DNA of 64,000 bases from Ostrea edulis (taxonomy: Eukaryota), in contig NC_079167.1 of assembly GCF_947568905.1 (NCBI RefSeq), forward strand, positions 5,828,001 to 5,892,000. The letters are read 5' to 3'. This document shows, in pieces, positions 13,003-27,100 of this stretch. The notes beneath the pieces are model-generated. The model was not told where the DNA came from, did no database searches, and was given only the letters and a program-made list of their open reading frames with translations. The position numbers and the translations under genes were made by a program. Each line of letters starts with the position of its first letter. Within the stretch, counting starts at the first letter, position 1.

Positions 13003-13586
13003 ACTGTTCATACGCATAACAGACATATAAGATGTGGTTTTTCCATGCTTATGAACTTTAAATACTGTCCTTTGATTGGTCCAAAGTTTGATGTCGTCAG
13101 AATGCGCCAAATTCAAAGTGTCCTATAGTGCTGGGGTAGACTAATTACAGTTGTAAATCGAAATAATAAACGCAACTTATTCCCATATTCAATTTAAATG
13201 TATCTTACTACAGTTAGTTCAAATGTATCATGGATCAAACAATTAACAATACTATACTTTTGGTACACACATATCCTGATACACAAAAGGAACGCACGGT
13301 GAACTTCCGATTTTCGGTAATATTCTTATTATTTCATTGAAATATATTGATTTTTTTTTTGATTTTTTTTTACAATTATCAGATGATATACAACTACATA
13401 TATTCTATTAGATAACACAGTGAATTTAGGGTTAGCAAAGGCTGAAGAGGTGGTAGTCATTGAAATTTTCCTACTTCAAATAAAGATTGTTGTTGCTTGA
13501 ATTCTGCAATGCATATACATATAGTTCGCTACATGGTTGATCTATGCCGTATGGATGTTCTGCCACTCGGTGTCGCATAATCTACC

Positions 13587-13912
13587 TTCCGGGTAGTTTA
13601 GTGTTCATGTCTATAATTTACGTTCCGGGTAGTTTAGTGTTCATGTCTATAATTTACGTTCCGGGTAGTTTAGTGTTCATGTCTATAATTTACGTTCCGG
13701 GTAGTTTAGTGTTCATGTCTATAATTTACGTTCCGGGTAGTTTAGTGTTCATGTCTATAATTTACGTTCCGGGTAGTTTAGTGTTCATGTCTATAATTTA
13801 CGTTCCGGGTAGATTAGTGTTCATGTCTATAATTTACGTTCCGGGTAGTTTAGTGTTCATGTCTATAATTTACGTTCCGGGTAGTTTAGTGTTCATGTCT
13901 ATAATTTTCGTT
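13587..13912. repeat. 36-bp minisatellite, about 9 copies
   Basis: Unit ttccgggtagtttagtgttcatgtctataatttacg. Confidence 0.95.
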
Positions 13913-14657
13913 TCAGGCTATAATTTACGCATCCGCGCGTGCAAGTTTGGTTTCCAGGCACACTTATCCTTTAGAACTTTGGAAATATCAAATATTTACG
14001 AACATTTCTTACTGATTTTGTTCTTTCATCAGGTAATACAATAATTAAAGACTAAATGAATATCATTGGAGCCGGATTTATAGTCTATTTTTTGTGTCTT
14101 CAAGAAGTAATATGACTATATGCTAACAGCCTCCAATATATTTAAAAAAAATTCATGTTAAAATTTACGATTTTTTTGAGTGAAATATTTTCGAGTGGGA
14201 CATTAAACAATATACAATCAATCATTAATATTTTTACTTTTATGATTTAAATGTTACACGGCACACACATTCGCTAAAAACGGTATAAAACTCCTGAAAT
14301 TTTCATAGGCATTTGGCCGCACCCATACTTAATACTTGATGTTCATAAGGTCATAGGTGCTGTATGAAGTGGGGCTTATAAATGCTTAAACAGTAGAATA
14401 ATATCGCCGGTGGATTTTGATGCTCGACATATGGCAAATAAATAATTCAAGGTGTTTTCTTTTCCTTACCATTAACACATTTTGTACCAGTGTAATCCAA
14501 ATGATAAAATTTGCCAAGTCCCCTCTTGGCTTAAAATTATGATCTTTAATGAAAACTTTATCTACAGATATATGTAAAATTCTGAAGTCCTGAAGGTTAT
14601 TCTGAAAATCAAAAAGTGTTTTGTGCATTCAACACTGTTATAATACACCGAGTAAAA

Positions 14658-14663
14658 TTTATT
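14658..14663 (-). promoter_or_regulatory. Candidate ODC polyadenylation signal AATAAA
   Basis: AATAAA on the minus strand about 295 nt past the stop codon; not unique evidence. Confidence 0.35.
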
Positions 14664-14956
14664 AATTAATCCATCCATTCTCTATCATCACAGGTGACTC
14701 ATGTGGCCTGAAATACTGATACTTGTAAAAATTCAAAGAAACAAAAGTCAACAATTTTCTGATGATTTACTTTGACTAGAGGAAACCGATATCATTCTGT
14801 GTCTTTCTCACTTCACAAATGAAACAGATACAATTGACTCAGCCTCCAATTTCCGACCAGTTTTTTGATTAAGTGCAGGTGTTTCCATTGAGAGAATAAC
14901 TCTTGATAATCAATCTTAAAGACATATCAGTTTGAAAATGTCAAGTTCTTCCATCT

Positions 14957-15119
14957 TTAAAAGCCAAATGGTGATCCAACCAAAGCCTCAGCTGCTGGAG
15001 AAGTCCCAAAGATATCTTCGGAGAAATCAAGGGCTTCATCCAGCATATGACCAGTCATCATGGGGGGAATCTTCTTGATGTAGGTGCTCTTCTTGACTCT
15101 TTCAGGATACACCACATTC
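14957..15119 (-). CDS. ODC1: ODC terminal coding exon 10 ([19 protein letters not shown]...VGSPFGF*)
   Basis: ttgacag|G acceptor completes the split Trp codon (TG|G) and the frame is open for 53 codons to TAA. The sequence is poorly conserved, so the call rests on phase and splice signal. Confidence 0.75.
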
Positions 15120-18100
15120 CTGTCAACACAAATTAAAATGTTTCGGAATACTTGATATTACTAAGCATACACAGGACAGTGGCACCAGAGTTCTTGAAAA
15201 GTGTCGGTAATGTCGGATTATCCGATAAAAGTAGTAAATGTCCGACACGAGTTACTTAATTGTCGGTCCTGATGGCCGATATAAGATCGGGATCGAAGTC
15301 CGTTTTTTACCGGGGAAAATGGTGGCCATGTGGCCCAAAAATTTTCAAACCGATGCTAAATCCGGCAACACATTGAAACGTGAACATAAGGAATCAGTTG
15401 TGAGGAACTACGAGGAGAAGAGAACCCGATTGTATCTCCGCCTGGCAATCTGGGAGACAATGGCTTTTGTTTGTAGCGTTTTTACCTACTGTTTGATGAC
15501 ACAATCTGCTCTAAGTCGAAACTGACGAAAGACCAACTACACTCGGGCTTAAGTGAGAGAAAAAGTAGCTACGATTGCAAAGGAAGATGAGAAAGAAGTT
15601 GAGAGGAATATACAGGATAGAGAGAAAAATGGAGGATGAGAGAGAAGTGGAGGGTGAGAGAGAAATAGAGCAAGAAAGTCACTCAGATAGTGAAAGTGAG
15701 GAAGATTCATTCAGAGTATAAGGAAGATGAGAAAGGGTATGAAAAGATGATTTATAAACTTATAGCTGCGATGGAGATTGAATACAATTACACATGTAGT
15801 AAATAAAATATATGAAAACCTCAAAAGCGATGCATTTTTATCTGGACTGACAAAATTTTGTTTGGGCTGACACTATTTCTAACAGTGTCAGACCAAATGT
15901 CTGACATTTCAAAAGAAATTTCAAGAACTCTGCTGAGTGGTATGAAAACAATATTTGTGAATGATTTTTTTCTCATACTTGGTGAAATAATAGGGAGCCT
16001 TGATTAAACAAGAGGCCCACAGGCCTTATTGGTCACCTGAGCACAGTAGCATGAAGATGAGTTATGTTTAACAGATAAGCTAATCCATAAAATTCAGCAG
16101 CAATATAAAACGAAATGTGTAAAAAAAACCATAAATGCTCCCTAAAAATGGCAATACTGAAGAAAGATTTTACAGAATATATTAATGCTCCCAAAAAATG
16201 ACAATACTGATAAAAGATTTTACAGAATTTTATATCTTTTAACATCGTTAGTGATGGGCAATCGGACCAAAAACCATAATCGATTATCGACAATAATCGG
16301 ACACAAGTAATCGATTATAATCGGAATTGGCATTTAAGTGTTTTCCCCTCAAATTCTTTTTTGTTTCATTTGTTCACAGGTAAGTAAATCAGGATTCCAA
16401 TATATCAAGTGATGGAATTTATCTATAATCTCAATGTATCAAAGATATCAGAGATAGGCTCCTTTATTTGACTGTTGAATGTCATTGTTGTTACCGTCCT
16501 TCATATCTCCCGCCATTTTGTTTGCTTATTTTTGATCGGGTTTGACAAATAGAAAATAAAATTTGAACAAAGTTGAAGTGATTTCCGGATTTTGTTTGGT
16601 CAACGATGTCGGCGACTTTTATTTGGTAATCGATTAGTAGCATCGTAGGTCTCTGAACGACCGACAATCGATCATCGGCGACAATCGTTTCATCACTAAA
16701 CATCCAAAGTCAGAACCCTGGGGTTGTGAAATTCACAATTTTGGTAAATCCCTTTCTGCTTTTTCTTTATATGCATTTAGTTTTCATACACTATCAGCAA
16801 AACTTAAACGAAGAAGTCCTCCAAATAATAAAGACAATAATCACTATGATAATTTTGTCCCACCCTAGAACCTAAACCCCTATCCCTGGGGTCATGAAAT
16901 TTACAATTTTAGTATGAGGCAACCTGTTCTTCTAAATATCCATTAAGCTTCCATTCAGTATCAGTAGCATTAAAGAATACGTTATTCAAATGTTTTACAC
17001 CCCACCTTGGAGTCAGAATCTCTGTCTTGGGAATCATAAAATTTACAATTTTGGTTGAGGCCTTCCTGTTCTACATGACTAGGCATTCAGTTTTTCTTTA
17101 GAAGTGCAGTTTTCTAAAAATTTACCCTAGCACTAAGACCCCTAGGGGTGCAGGATTCCTGAAATCTATATTTTATGCCCTTTGTCTTAAAGATGGTTCT
17201 TCCCAAATTTGAAAAGAATTGAAAGCGTAGTTTTCAAGAAGTTAAAAAGTGTTCAATTGTTTATGCTCGACAGTGGATGCCGACCAATATTGATAGGTCA
17301 CCTGAGTGACTCGGGTGAACTAAACAAATATCCAGATCATGTGACATTTCAGGTCATAGAAGGAAGTTTATGGGCATGGAAGAGTTACTTTCCCTGGAAA
17401 TCAGACAGATAAATTGGCTAATTCTATCTGAAATTCACACAGACTATAATCAGAAATGGATGTCCTTTCAATATAAGTAGTTTTTCAGATTTTGTTGTTC
17501 TGACAATGATATAGCCAATTACACATGACAATAAACCCTGCTTTCCTTCCTTATCTAATCAAATAAAAAACAAACAAAAAAATAATAGAAAAGAAAAAAA
17601 AAATGAAAGAAAAAAACCATGACAATGAATTTTTGCTCCAAAGCATATTAGATGAAACATTATCTTAAGGACACTAATGAAACTATCAGTCATAACAGTG
17701 GCTGCCATCCCATTCATAGCTATGACATCATGTCCTATCAAACTGTGTAAGCTGTGACAGAGCTGTTGGGTACATTGTGATGTCATAGTGATAAGACTCT
17801 TAAAGTCGAGTGAATTAGAGATTCACTAAGCCATGAATTTTGGGAATTTTTCTGTTTATCTCATATTTCTCTGCCAAATCTCCTTATGGTTGAAATGTTC
17901 AGAGTAAATTTGAGTTTTATAGTTCTTTGAAATTTTCACATATTTATATGCATTGAAGATATTGACTGTTAAGCTATATTTAAGGAATGAAAGCAAAGTG
18001 GTTTATAAAAAAAAAAACAACCCTAAACTCTCCCAACTTACTTTATATCTTAAATTTTGAAGACTGAATTTAGTTAAACGCATTCAATATAACTCAATCA

Positions 18101-21100
18101 ATAAGAAAACATGGGATTTTATATGATGTGGTGCAATAATGTCGTAGTAACAAATGAAAACAGAAGAGCCAAGCACATTGCGACATCATTCCTTGGAAAT
18201 GAACCAATCAAATTGCATTTTACAAGTGAAATTAAATGATAAGAAAAATATCCCACGCCCCACAATGAATGACAATGCTACACATTAATGAATGGCAATA
18301 CTATGCCAAAAAATATAACAAATTCCTATGCCTCTGTGCTATCCTGTACTTTTTTCACACATGTAACTAGATGACACTACTCGAGTACTATTGTTTACAA
18401 ATATAAATTGTGTAAAATGTTAAAACAGAAATATCTTAATTACATACACATGTATGGCATGAAAACTGGTTTCACACAAATTGCACTAAATAGTATATTT
18501 TGGCCAAATATCTATGTTCAAAAGGGGCACAACTTTCAGGAAAAAAATAAATCAAATCAGAATTTCTTGTGAATATGCACATGTACACAATATGTCCATA
18601 TACAAAGTTTTAATGAGTATTTATGAAATGACACAATCATTTATTGATCAATTTAACACAGTCACCTTTAAAATAACAGATTTCCATATCTTAACGGCTG
18701 CACAGTGCCACAGGTAAAATGTGTAGTGTTTATCTGCACCGTGCCACAGGTAAAATGTGTAGTGGTTATTTAAAAATAATAACAGACAAAATAGCTTAAG
18801 ATCACTCTTTTAGAAACATTAAGTCAAGTATATATAAAATGACTTCTGCCTCAACAACAGCAGTGATTCCGAAGGTCCGTCGGACATTGTCCAGTAATTT
18901 TTGTTTTGGTCCGATCAATATCAGTTGTTGGCCGGACCAAGTGTCCGATGATTTTTTTCCCCAATGAAATACATGATCAGATAAATTTTCAATTTTTAGC
19001 AGCATGTCCCAAATTTACTCTGTTTTTTAGTCAATGCAAACAGAAAACCTGTTTAAGTTTAACTCAAATATTTATCAAACTTGTAATCATCTTCAATTCC
19101 CCCCGAGAGGGTGATAATACAATTGAGCAATATCCCGTGAAATTACTGACGTCTTTGAAGCGTTTGAATTAGGTAATAAATAACAAGTAAATAAAGCGTT
19201 TAAACTGACAAGAAGTACTTAAACAACACGGACATGTTTGATTTGAGTTACGCGAATTGCTCGAGTTTTAAAAAAACATATATTTCATAACACTGGTGTT
19301 GAACATGGGTTGGAAAAGTTTACTCCAATGACGAATCTGAAGTGAAATGCTTGGGCTAATAAAGTACGTCGCCGATGCCATTCTGGTCAAATTTACATGA
19401 AAGCTTCCTAACATTTTGTTAAAATCATGGCCCCCAGGGGTAAGGTAGGGCGACAATAGGGGATCAAAGGTTAACATGGGAATATATAGGGGACATCTTT
19501 AAAAATCTTCTCAAGAACCACTGGGCAAGAAAGTTCAAATTTGCATGCTTCCTGATATAGAGTAAATTCAAGTTTGTCAAAACCATGGCCCCAAGGGTAA
19601 GGTGGGGCCACAATAGGGGATTAATTTGCAGATAAAATTTTGGTCTGGTAAAATGTGATTTGGTCCAGTAATAACTCGACCATTACTGGACCAAATGTCC
19701 AGTGAGTACCAGAAGACCTTGGGAAGCACTGCAACAGAGGCTATGCTTGCAAAGTCTGTATCAATAGTATAGTGTTAGTTTTCCCAATCATCAATCCTTG
19801 GATTATTCAGCTACTAGCCACGCGATGATTTTCAAGTGCTATTTTTTCATCTAAAATAAATCATGGAAGCTCCCCGATTGGTTAATGTATAAACATGAAT
19901 ATTCATATAAAGGGCTCTTTTAATCATACAAACAAAGCTGTGTTGTAGTGTGAACGGAAACAACAGGCGTGGTTTATGATGAGGACTAACTTAAAGCAAG
20001 CATGAAGTTTCTCAAATAAAGTGCTATTTTCCATCTATACTCGTGGTTTCCTTCAATGCAATACTTGAGAGACATCTCAATCTGACTCTTCTTTGCACTT
20101 ACCACATAGTTTGTTCACAAAAGTAGTACTTTTGGGGTGGAGGCATGCCATTGAAGGTTGAAGCTGCTGACATGGTGTAGGCCCCCATGTCCCTGAAGAA
20201 CAGCCAGTGCCCTACACGGAGTTCTGGGAGGGGGCAATCCTCTAGGATACAGTCTAGACCGTCACATGTTGGTCCCCAAACACTGCTGCTGTAACACTGC
20301 TCGGATTCATTTACCTATTAACAATAAATTCATATTTCAATGGAACAATTGATCTAAATTCTGATCTGCTTACTATGTAATGCTATCATGTTACAGTATC
20401 TGCAATGTTATTCTGGACAATTCAACAATAAACTTGAAGAATTAAACAGATTACCAACACATCATGAGAATGCATGAGTAAATTTATTTAGTTGTCTAAT
20501 GGTTGGTTTCAGCCTTGGGGCAATCTTCATCAGAATAATGAACCACAAAATATGTCTATTGAAATAAACAGTAAAAAAGATGTGGAAGGTTTGTACATAT
20601 TGCAGATTAGCTTAATAATGTTAATTTATACAACATGTGATTAACTTGTATCGTTTCTCAAGTTATCAACGTAAATGAGATTTATATTATGTGATGCATC
20701 AAATAGTCCATAAATTCCATGAATTATAAGTGTCGACAAATTCCATAAACTGTAAGTGTTCTATAACATAGACATATTACAATTATGGACTGTTTAGCAG
20801 GGAGACAACACAAATAATCAGGTCTTAGGGTTATCACCCCAGGGCGCCTATGCTGATAATTTGTGATATCTCCCTGCTAAACAGTCCATTATAGTTTTAT
20901 TATCCTAAAGAATCTGAACATCAAAATAAATAGCAAACATTTATTGACTTGTACCATATTAATTTTTTTTTAAATTCAAAACGTCGACAAACACCTACCA
21001 ACTTTTTCTGCTGAAAATTTTCAATGGTTTTCGAGGGGTGAAATCAATGTTACCCTGAATTGTACACATGCAGTATTTTGTTTTACACTCATTTATTATC

Positions 21101-24100
21101 AAAGAAAACAAAAAACTAATTTTTGAGAAAGTTAAATGAGTGAAAGCTTTTGATTGTGACGTCACAATAGAATGACGCAAAAACACGTCAAGTGTAAACA
21201 TTTCGTAACGTATTTCAAAACAATGAGGGAGATATCACAAATTGTCTCCCTTCACATGACCAGCCCTCAACCAATGAAATTGACTCTATTATTCTGAAGG
21301 ATATTAATACAAATTAATCACATCTTATAATAATTATTAAGTTGTTAATTAAATCTGCAATATGTACAAACCTTCAGCATTTTTTATTGTGAATGGCAAC
21401 ATCAGCTGCATTGTTTATTTTTATAGACATATTTCAAATATCATTGTTCTGATGACAACCGGTCCATGGTCGAAAATGGTCAACCAAATAAATTTACTCA
21501 TGCATTCTCATGATGTGTTAGTGATCTGTTTATTTCTTGAAAGTTTATAACTTTAGATCCAGACCCTATTGAATTCCACAATTTTAACCTAAGGTGTTGA
21601 TGTCCAGTTTTTATTTTGTTTGAATTAGACAATATCTGAATTCAACAATAAGTATATTGTAGTATCATGGATGTGTCCTATCACATGTATCATACCAGGC
21701 TTCCTGTTTATCATAACATTGCATTTATATTGAAATATATTATTTGATTCAGACAGTAATACAGTATACATGGTTGATACCCTTGAAGAACAGACGTATA
21801 TTTTGTGACAACAAATGATCTCCATATATTCTCTCGTATTTGAATGCTAATGACTGAGGCAATTTGCTTTTGATTATTCAGTGCTTGTTTATGTTCTGTA
21901 TACAGGGAAATATTCACCCCCATTTTATTTTTGTTTCTTTCACTCTCGTTGTCACTGAGCGAATTTAAGAGTGGGCGAAACTGTTTTCTCTTAAATCTCT
22001 CTTTTAACACAACTATGTCTGGGTGAATTTAAAATGGGGCAAAACTGTCTGCAGGTGTAGAAAGGTGAAAATAACACAGGGTGATAATAACCCTGTATAC
22101 AGTATTCTGCATAATATTAGATATCAAAATGATCCGATAGCATATCTATCAACCTATTACATGTAAATTCAATATAAAAACACATGCACTAAGTAGTAAA
22201 TACATGTATATGTATGCAAAACATTTTAAGTTCTTTTTTTAACTTTCAAAACACATGTACATGCAAAATCGAATTTCTGACCAAGTGTTTGTACATGTAT
22301 TTTACACATATAATACATACAATTACAACCCCATTCCACTTCCGTATACTTACTAGACCCTTATAAATATTTCTGTAAAATTTCACAATAATCCGATATA
22401 AAACCCTGTACATCATAATAACAATGTCCACGGTACAGTATGGGAAATAACAAAAATTGATTTCATCCTAAAACATGTGGTATCTTGCACATTTATACAC
22501 TTGATTCTCAACATTTCTGTCAAGGTTTCATTCTAATCCAATTCAAGCTGTATTCAAAAAGCACCCCCATGTATAAAATGTTTAAGTTCACAAACCAGGC
22601 CTTTAAAAATGTATTATCTTTTAAAAATTCTAACAATAGTACACAAGTCTTTTTACACAAACTTTGATAGTGAAAATGGACATACATAAATGTTGTAATG
22701 TCCAACTAATATGTTTGTTTAGGATAGATAGGTTGGATCCCACAATTTTTGCTCTGTAACTTTAATCCCTTAATTGTACAATATGTAATCATGAGAACAT
22801 AGACTCCTATAAATGTCAATGTCCTTGCTTTTATTTAATTACTAGTAAAACATTTTATGTAGTGTAAATGATTAATATATGATTGAATTCATTTTTGGGA
22901 GATAAAATACATCGTATTTCTAAATGCTCATACCTACTTGTAGATTATTTTGTATTACATAATTCTGTAAAGATAAAAAAAACACGCATGCCTGTATAAA
23001 TGCACCCTATCTATATTTGCTTGCATCGTGAAGATTGCTTATCAGGTTTTGTGTGTATCATTAAAACAGCTTTATATCGGGTTTTGTGAGTATCATTAAA
23101 ACAGCTTTATATCAGGTTGTGTGTGTATCATTAAAACAGCTTTATATCAGGTTTTGTGTGTATCATTAAAACAGCTTTATATCGGGTTTGTGTGTATCAT
23201 TAAAACAGTTTTATATCGGGTTTTGTGTGTATCATTAAAACAGCTTTATATCGGGTTTGTGTGTATCATTAAAACAGCTTTATATCGGGTTTGTGTGTGT
23301 ATCATTAAACATTAAAACAGCTTTATATCAGGTTTTGTGAGTATCATTAAAACAGCTTTATATCAGGTTTGTGTGTATCATTAAAACAGCTTTATATCAG
23401 GTTTTGTGTGTATCATTAAAACAGCTTTATATCAGGTTTGTGTGTATCATTAAAACAGCTTTATATCGGGTTTGTGTGTGTATCATTAAACATTAAAACA
23501 GCTATATGTCAGGTTTTGTGAGTATCATTAAAACAGCTTTATATCAGGTTTGTGTGTATCATTAAAACAGCTTTATATCAGGTTTTGTGAGTATCATTAA
23601 AACAGCTTTATATCAGGTTTTGTGAGTATCATTAAAACAGCTTTATATCAGGTTTTGTGTGTATCATTAAAACAGCTTTATATCAGGTTTTGTGAGTATC
23701 ATTAAAACAGCTTTATATCAGGTTTGTGTGTATCATTAAAACAGCTTTATATCAGGTTTGTGTGTATCATTAAAACAGCTTTATATCAGGTTGTGTGTGT
23801 ATCATTAAAACAGCTTTATATCAGGTTTTGTGTTAAAACAGCTTTATATCAGGTTTTGTGAGTATCATTAAAACAGCTTTATATCAGGTTTTGTGTGTAT
23901 CATTAAAACAGCTTTATATCAGGTTTTGTGTGTATCATTAAAACAGCTTTATATCAGGTTTTGTGTGTATCATTAAAACAGCTTTATATCGGGTTTTGTG
24001 TATCATTAAAACAGCTTTATATCGGGTTTTGTGTGTATCATTAAAACAGCTTTATATCAGGTTTGTGTGTATCATTAAAACAGCTTTATATCAGGTTGTG

Positions 24101-27100
24101 TGTGTATCATTAAAACAGCTTTATATCAGGTTTTGTGTGTATCATTAAAACAGCTTTATATCGGGTTTGTGTGTATCATTAAAACAGTTTTATATCGGGT
24201 TTTGTGTGTATCATTAAAACAGCTTTATATCGGGTTTGTGTGTATCATTAAAACAGCTTTATATCGGGTTTGTGTGTGTATCATTAAACATTAAAACAGC
24301 TTTATATCAGGTTTTGTGAGTATCATTAAAACAGCTTTATATCAGGTTTGTGTGTATCATTAAAACAGCTTTATATCAGGTTTTGTGTGTATCATTAAAA
24401 CAGCTTTATATCAGGTTTGTGTGTATCATTAAAACAGCTTTATATCGGGTTTGTGTGTGTATCATTAAACATTAAAACAGCTATATGTCAGGTTTTGTGA
24501 GTATCATTAAAACAGCTTTATATCAGGTTTGTGTGTATCATTAAAACAGCTTTATATCAGGTTTTGTGAGTATCATTAAAACAGCTTTATATCAGGTTTT
24601 GTGAGTATCATTAAAACAGCTTTATATCAGGTTTTGTGTGTATCATTAAAACAGCTTTATATCAGGTTTTGTGAGTATCATTAAAACAGCTTTATATCAG
24701 GTTTGTGTGTATCATTAAAACAGCTTTATATCAGGTTTGTGTGTATCATTAAAACAGCTTTATATCAGGTTGTGTGTGTATCATTAAAACAGCTTTATAT
24801 CAGGTTTTGTGTTAAAACAGCTTTATATCAGGTTTTGTGAGTATCATTAAAACAGCTTTATATCAGGTTTTGTGTGTATCATTAAAACAGCTTTATATCA
24901 GGTTTTGTGTGTATCATTAAAACAGCTTTATATCAGGTTTTGTGTGTATCATTAAAACAGCTTTATATCGGGTTTTGTGTATCATTAAAACAGCTTTATA
25001 TCGGGTTTTGTGTGTATCATTAAAACAGCTTTATATCAGGTTTGTGTGTATCATTAAAACAGCTTTATATCGGGTTTCGTGTGTATCATTAAAACAGCTT
25101 TATATCAGGTTTGTGTGTATCATTAAAACAGCTTTATATCGGGTTTGTGTATGTATCATTAAACATTAAAACAGCTTTATATCAGGTTTTGTGAGTATCA
25201 TTAAAACAGCTTTATATCAGGTTTGTGTGTATCATTAAAACAGCTTTATATCAGGTTTTGTGAGTATCATTAAAACAGCTTTATATCAGGTTTTGTGTGT
25301 ATCATTAAAACAGCTTTATATCAGGTTTGTGTGTATCATTAAAACAGCTTTATATCGGGTTTGTGTGTATCATTAAAACAGCTTTATATCAGGTTTGTGT
25401 GTATCATTAAAACAGCTTTATATCAGGTTTGTGTGTATCATTAAAACAGCTTTATATCAGGTTTTGTGTGTATCATTAAAACAGCTTTATATCAGGTTTG
25501 TGTGTATCATTAAAACAGCTTTATATCAGGTTTGTGTGTATCATTAAAACAGCTTTATATCAGGTTTTGTGTGTATCATTAAAACAGCTTTATATCAGGT
25601 TTCGTGTGTATCATTAAAACAGCTTTATATCAGGTTTCGTGTGTATTGTATTTTGCATTAATCTCATTATATTGTGGATCATGTCAAGAGTATTAGGATA
25701 ACATAAGATTACTGGTAAACAGCCAATTACAACTTTCATTTCTAAAGGTTTTGTTCAGCATATTCTACACATTTGTCCTTAATAGTAGTAATATCCTTTA
25801 TGAAATGTACTATATGAAGTAGGAAGTGTACATAGATGCAAGTAAATGTACGGGTATTATCACTGACAGTGAATTGTAGAGAAAGATCATCCTTTCTATC
25901 AGCTGTTGTTACTACCTGAAGAGTGCTGACTTCCACCTTAGCATGGTCAAACAATAGGCAATTGAAAGAGCCATAGACTCCATCGTTTACATAGTACATC
26001 ATGACGGGTCCTTGGGTGTCCTGGGGGGCATCATCTACAAAGGTCATCTGAATGTCACTATTCCAGATTATCAGTTCATATTCATAATCAGTTGTCTACC
26101 TAGTGAATGGGTCTGTGTCTCACGAGAAAGACATGAACTCCTGCTTTGATGTCTAGATTTACATTTTATCACCAAAGAATATGGTATTCACAAGACCTCT
26201 CTGCTTTTTGTGCTTAATTTTCAGGTCAATATTGTTTCTTAACTCATTACTTGCCCCTTGCTAATTTTTAAAATCTCACCAATGGTCTTTTCATTGGTCA
26301 CCACTCTCTTGGCAATAATGTTGACAGTGAGAGTGAAGGCAGAAGCTACAAAGTATCTCCCAGGTTCAGCAATGATCTCCACTCCGGAAGAAGCTGGGAA
26401 GTGCTGATCTAAGGCCTCATTGATAACACTTGCAATCTGTAAATCAACAACTAATAATTGTAATCAAAGTCTCCCAAATGAACACCAAATAATTCCCTAC
26501 TCCATAGGGAAAATTGCTTTGAAGTCCACTTTCTGCAAAATAAACAAACTGCATACTGTTTACTGTATATACTTGCCTAGAGGTTGGATTTTTGGGAGTT
26601 AAATTTTGGTACAAAACTCTATGTCCGACTTAAAGGAGTGTCCTAAGAAGATAAGTATTTTTCTGGACGGCGTAATGTATAGCCTAGTATTCTTTAAACA
26701 ACAAAAACATGGACAAAATAAACAAAATAGTAACTGTTTAATTTGTTGAGTATGAAAAGTTAAATATCGATGTCATATCCAAAAATATTATTGGAACACA
26801 GGTAAATACAAAATAGTATTGGTATGAAATTGATTTGTTGTGGAAAAAAAGTCAAATATCGACACATTTCTTGAAATATTATTTGAAAAACAGGTAAAAA
26901 CATTAGAGCATCGATTTGAAATTGTCAACCGATTCTTGAAAAAAGTTAGATAAAATTATAAACAGGTAAATGGCAATTCCCTCCAAAATAACCTAAAAAC
27001 TATACAACCGACTTATAATCTAACAGACTTAAAGGCGAGTATATATGGTACACTCCTCTTGCAAAGCCCTGATAGTTTTAAATTCCCCTGAGATCCCTTA

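Noticed and set aside
5260-13912. CRISPR-like appearance of the 33-, 36-, 82- and 99-bp arrays
   Set aside because: Direct tandem units with no unique spacers, no cas genes, and a eukaryotic context.
13544-14044. 166-aa ORF with (VPGSLVFMSIIY)n
   Set aside because: Translation of the 36-bp minisatellite.
23121-25169. Cys-rich CIIKTALY ORFs
   Set aside because: Artefacts of the 34/35-bp array; the frame shifts with unit length.
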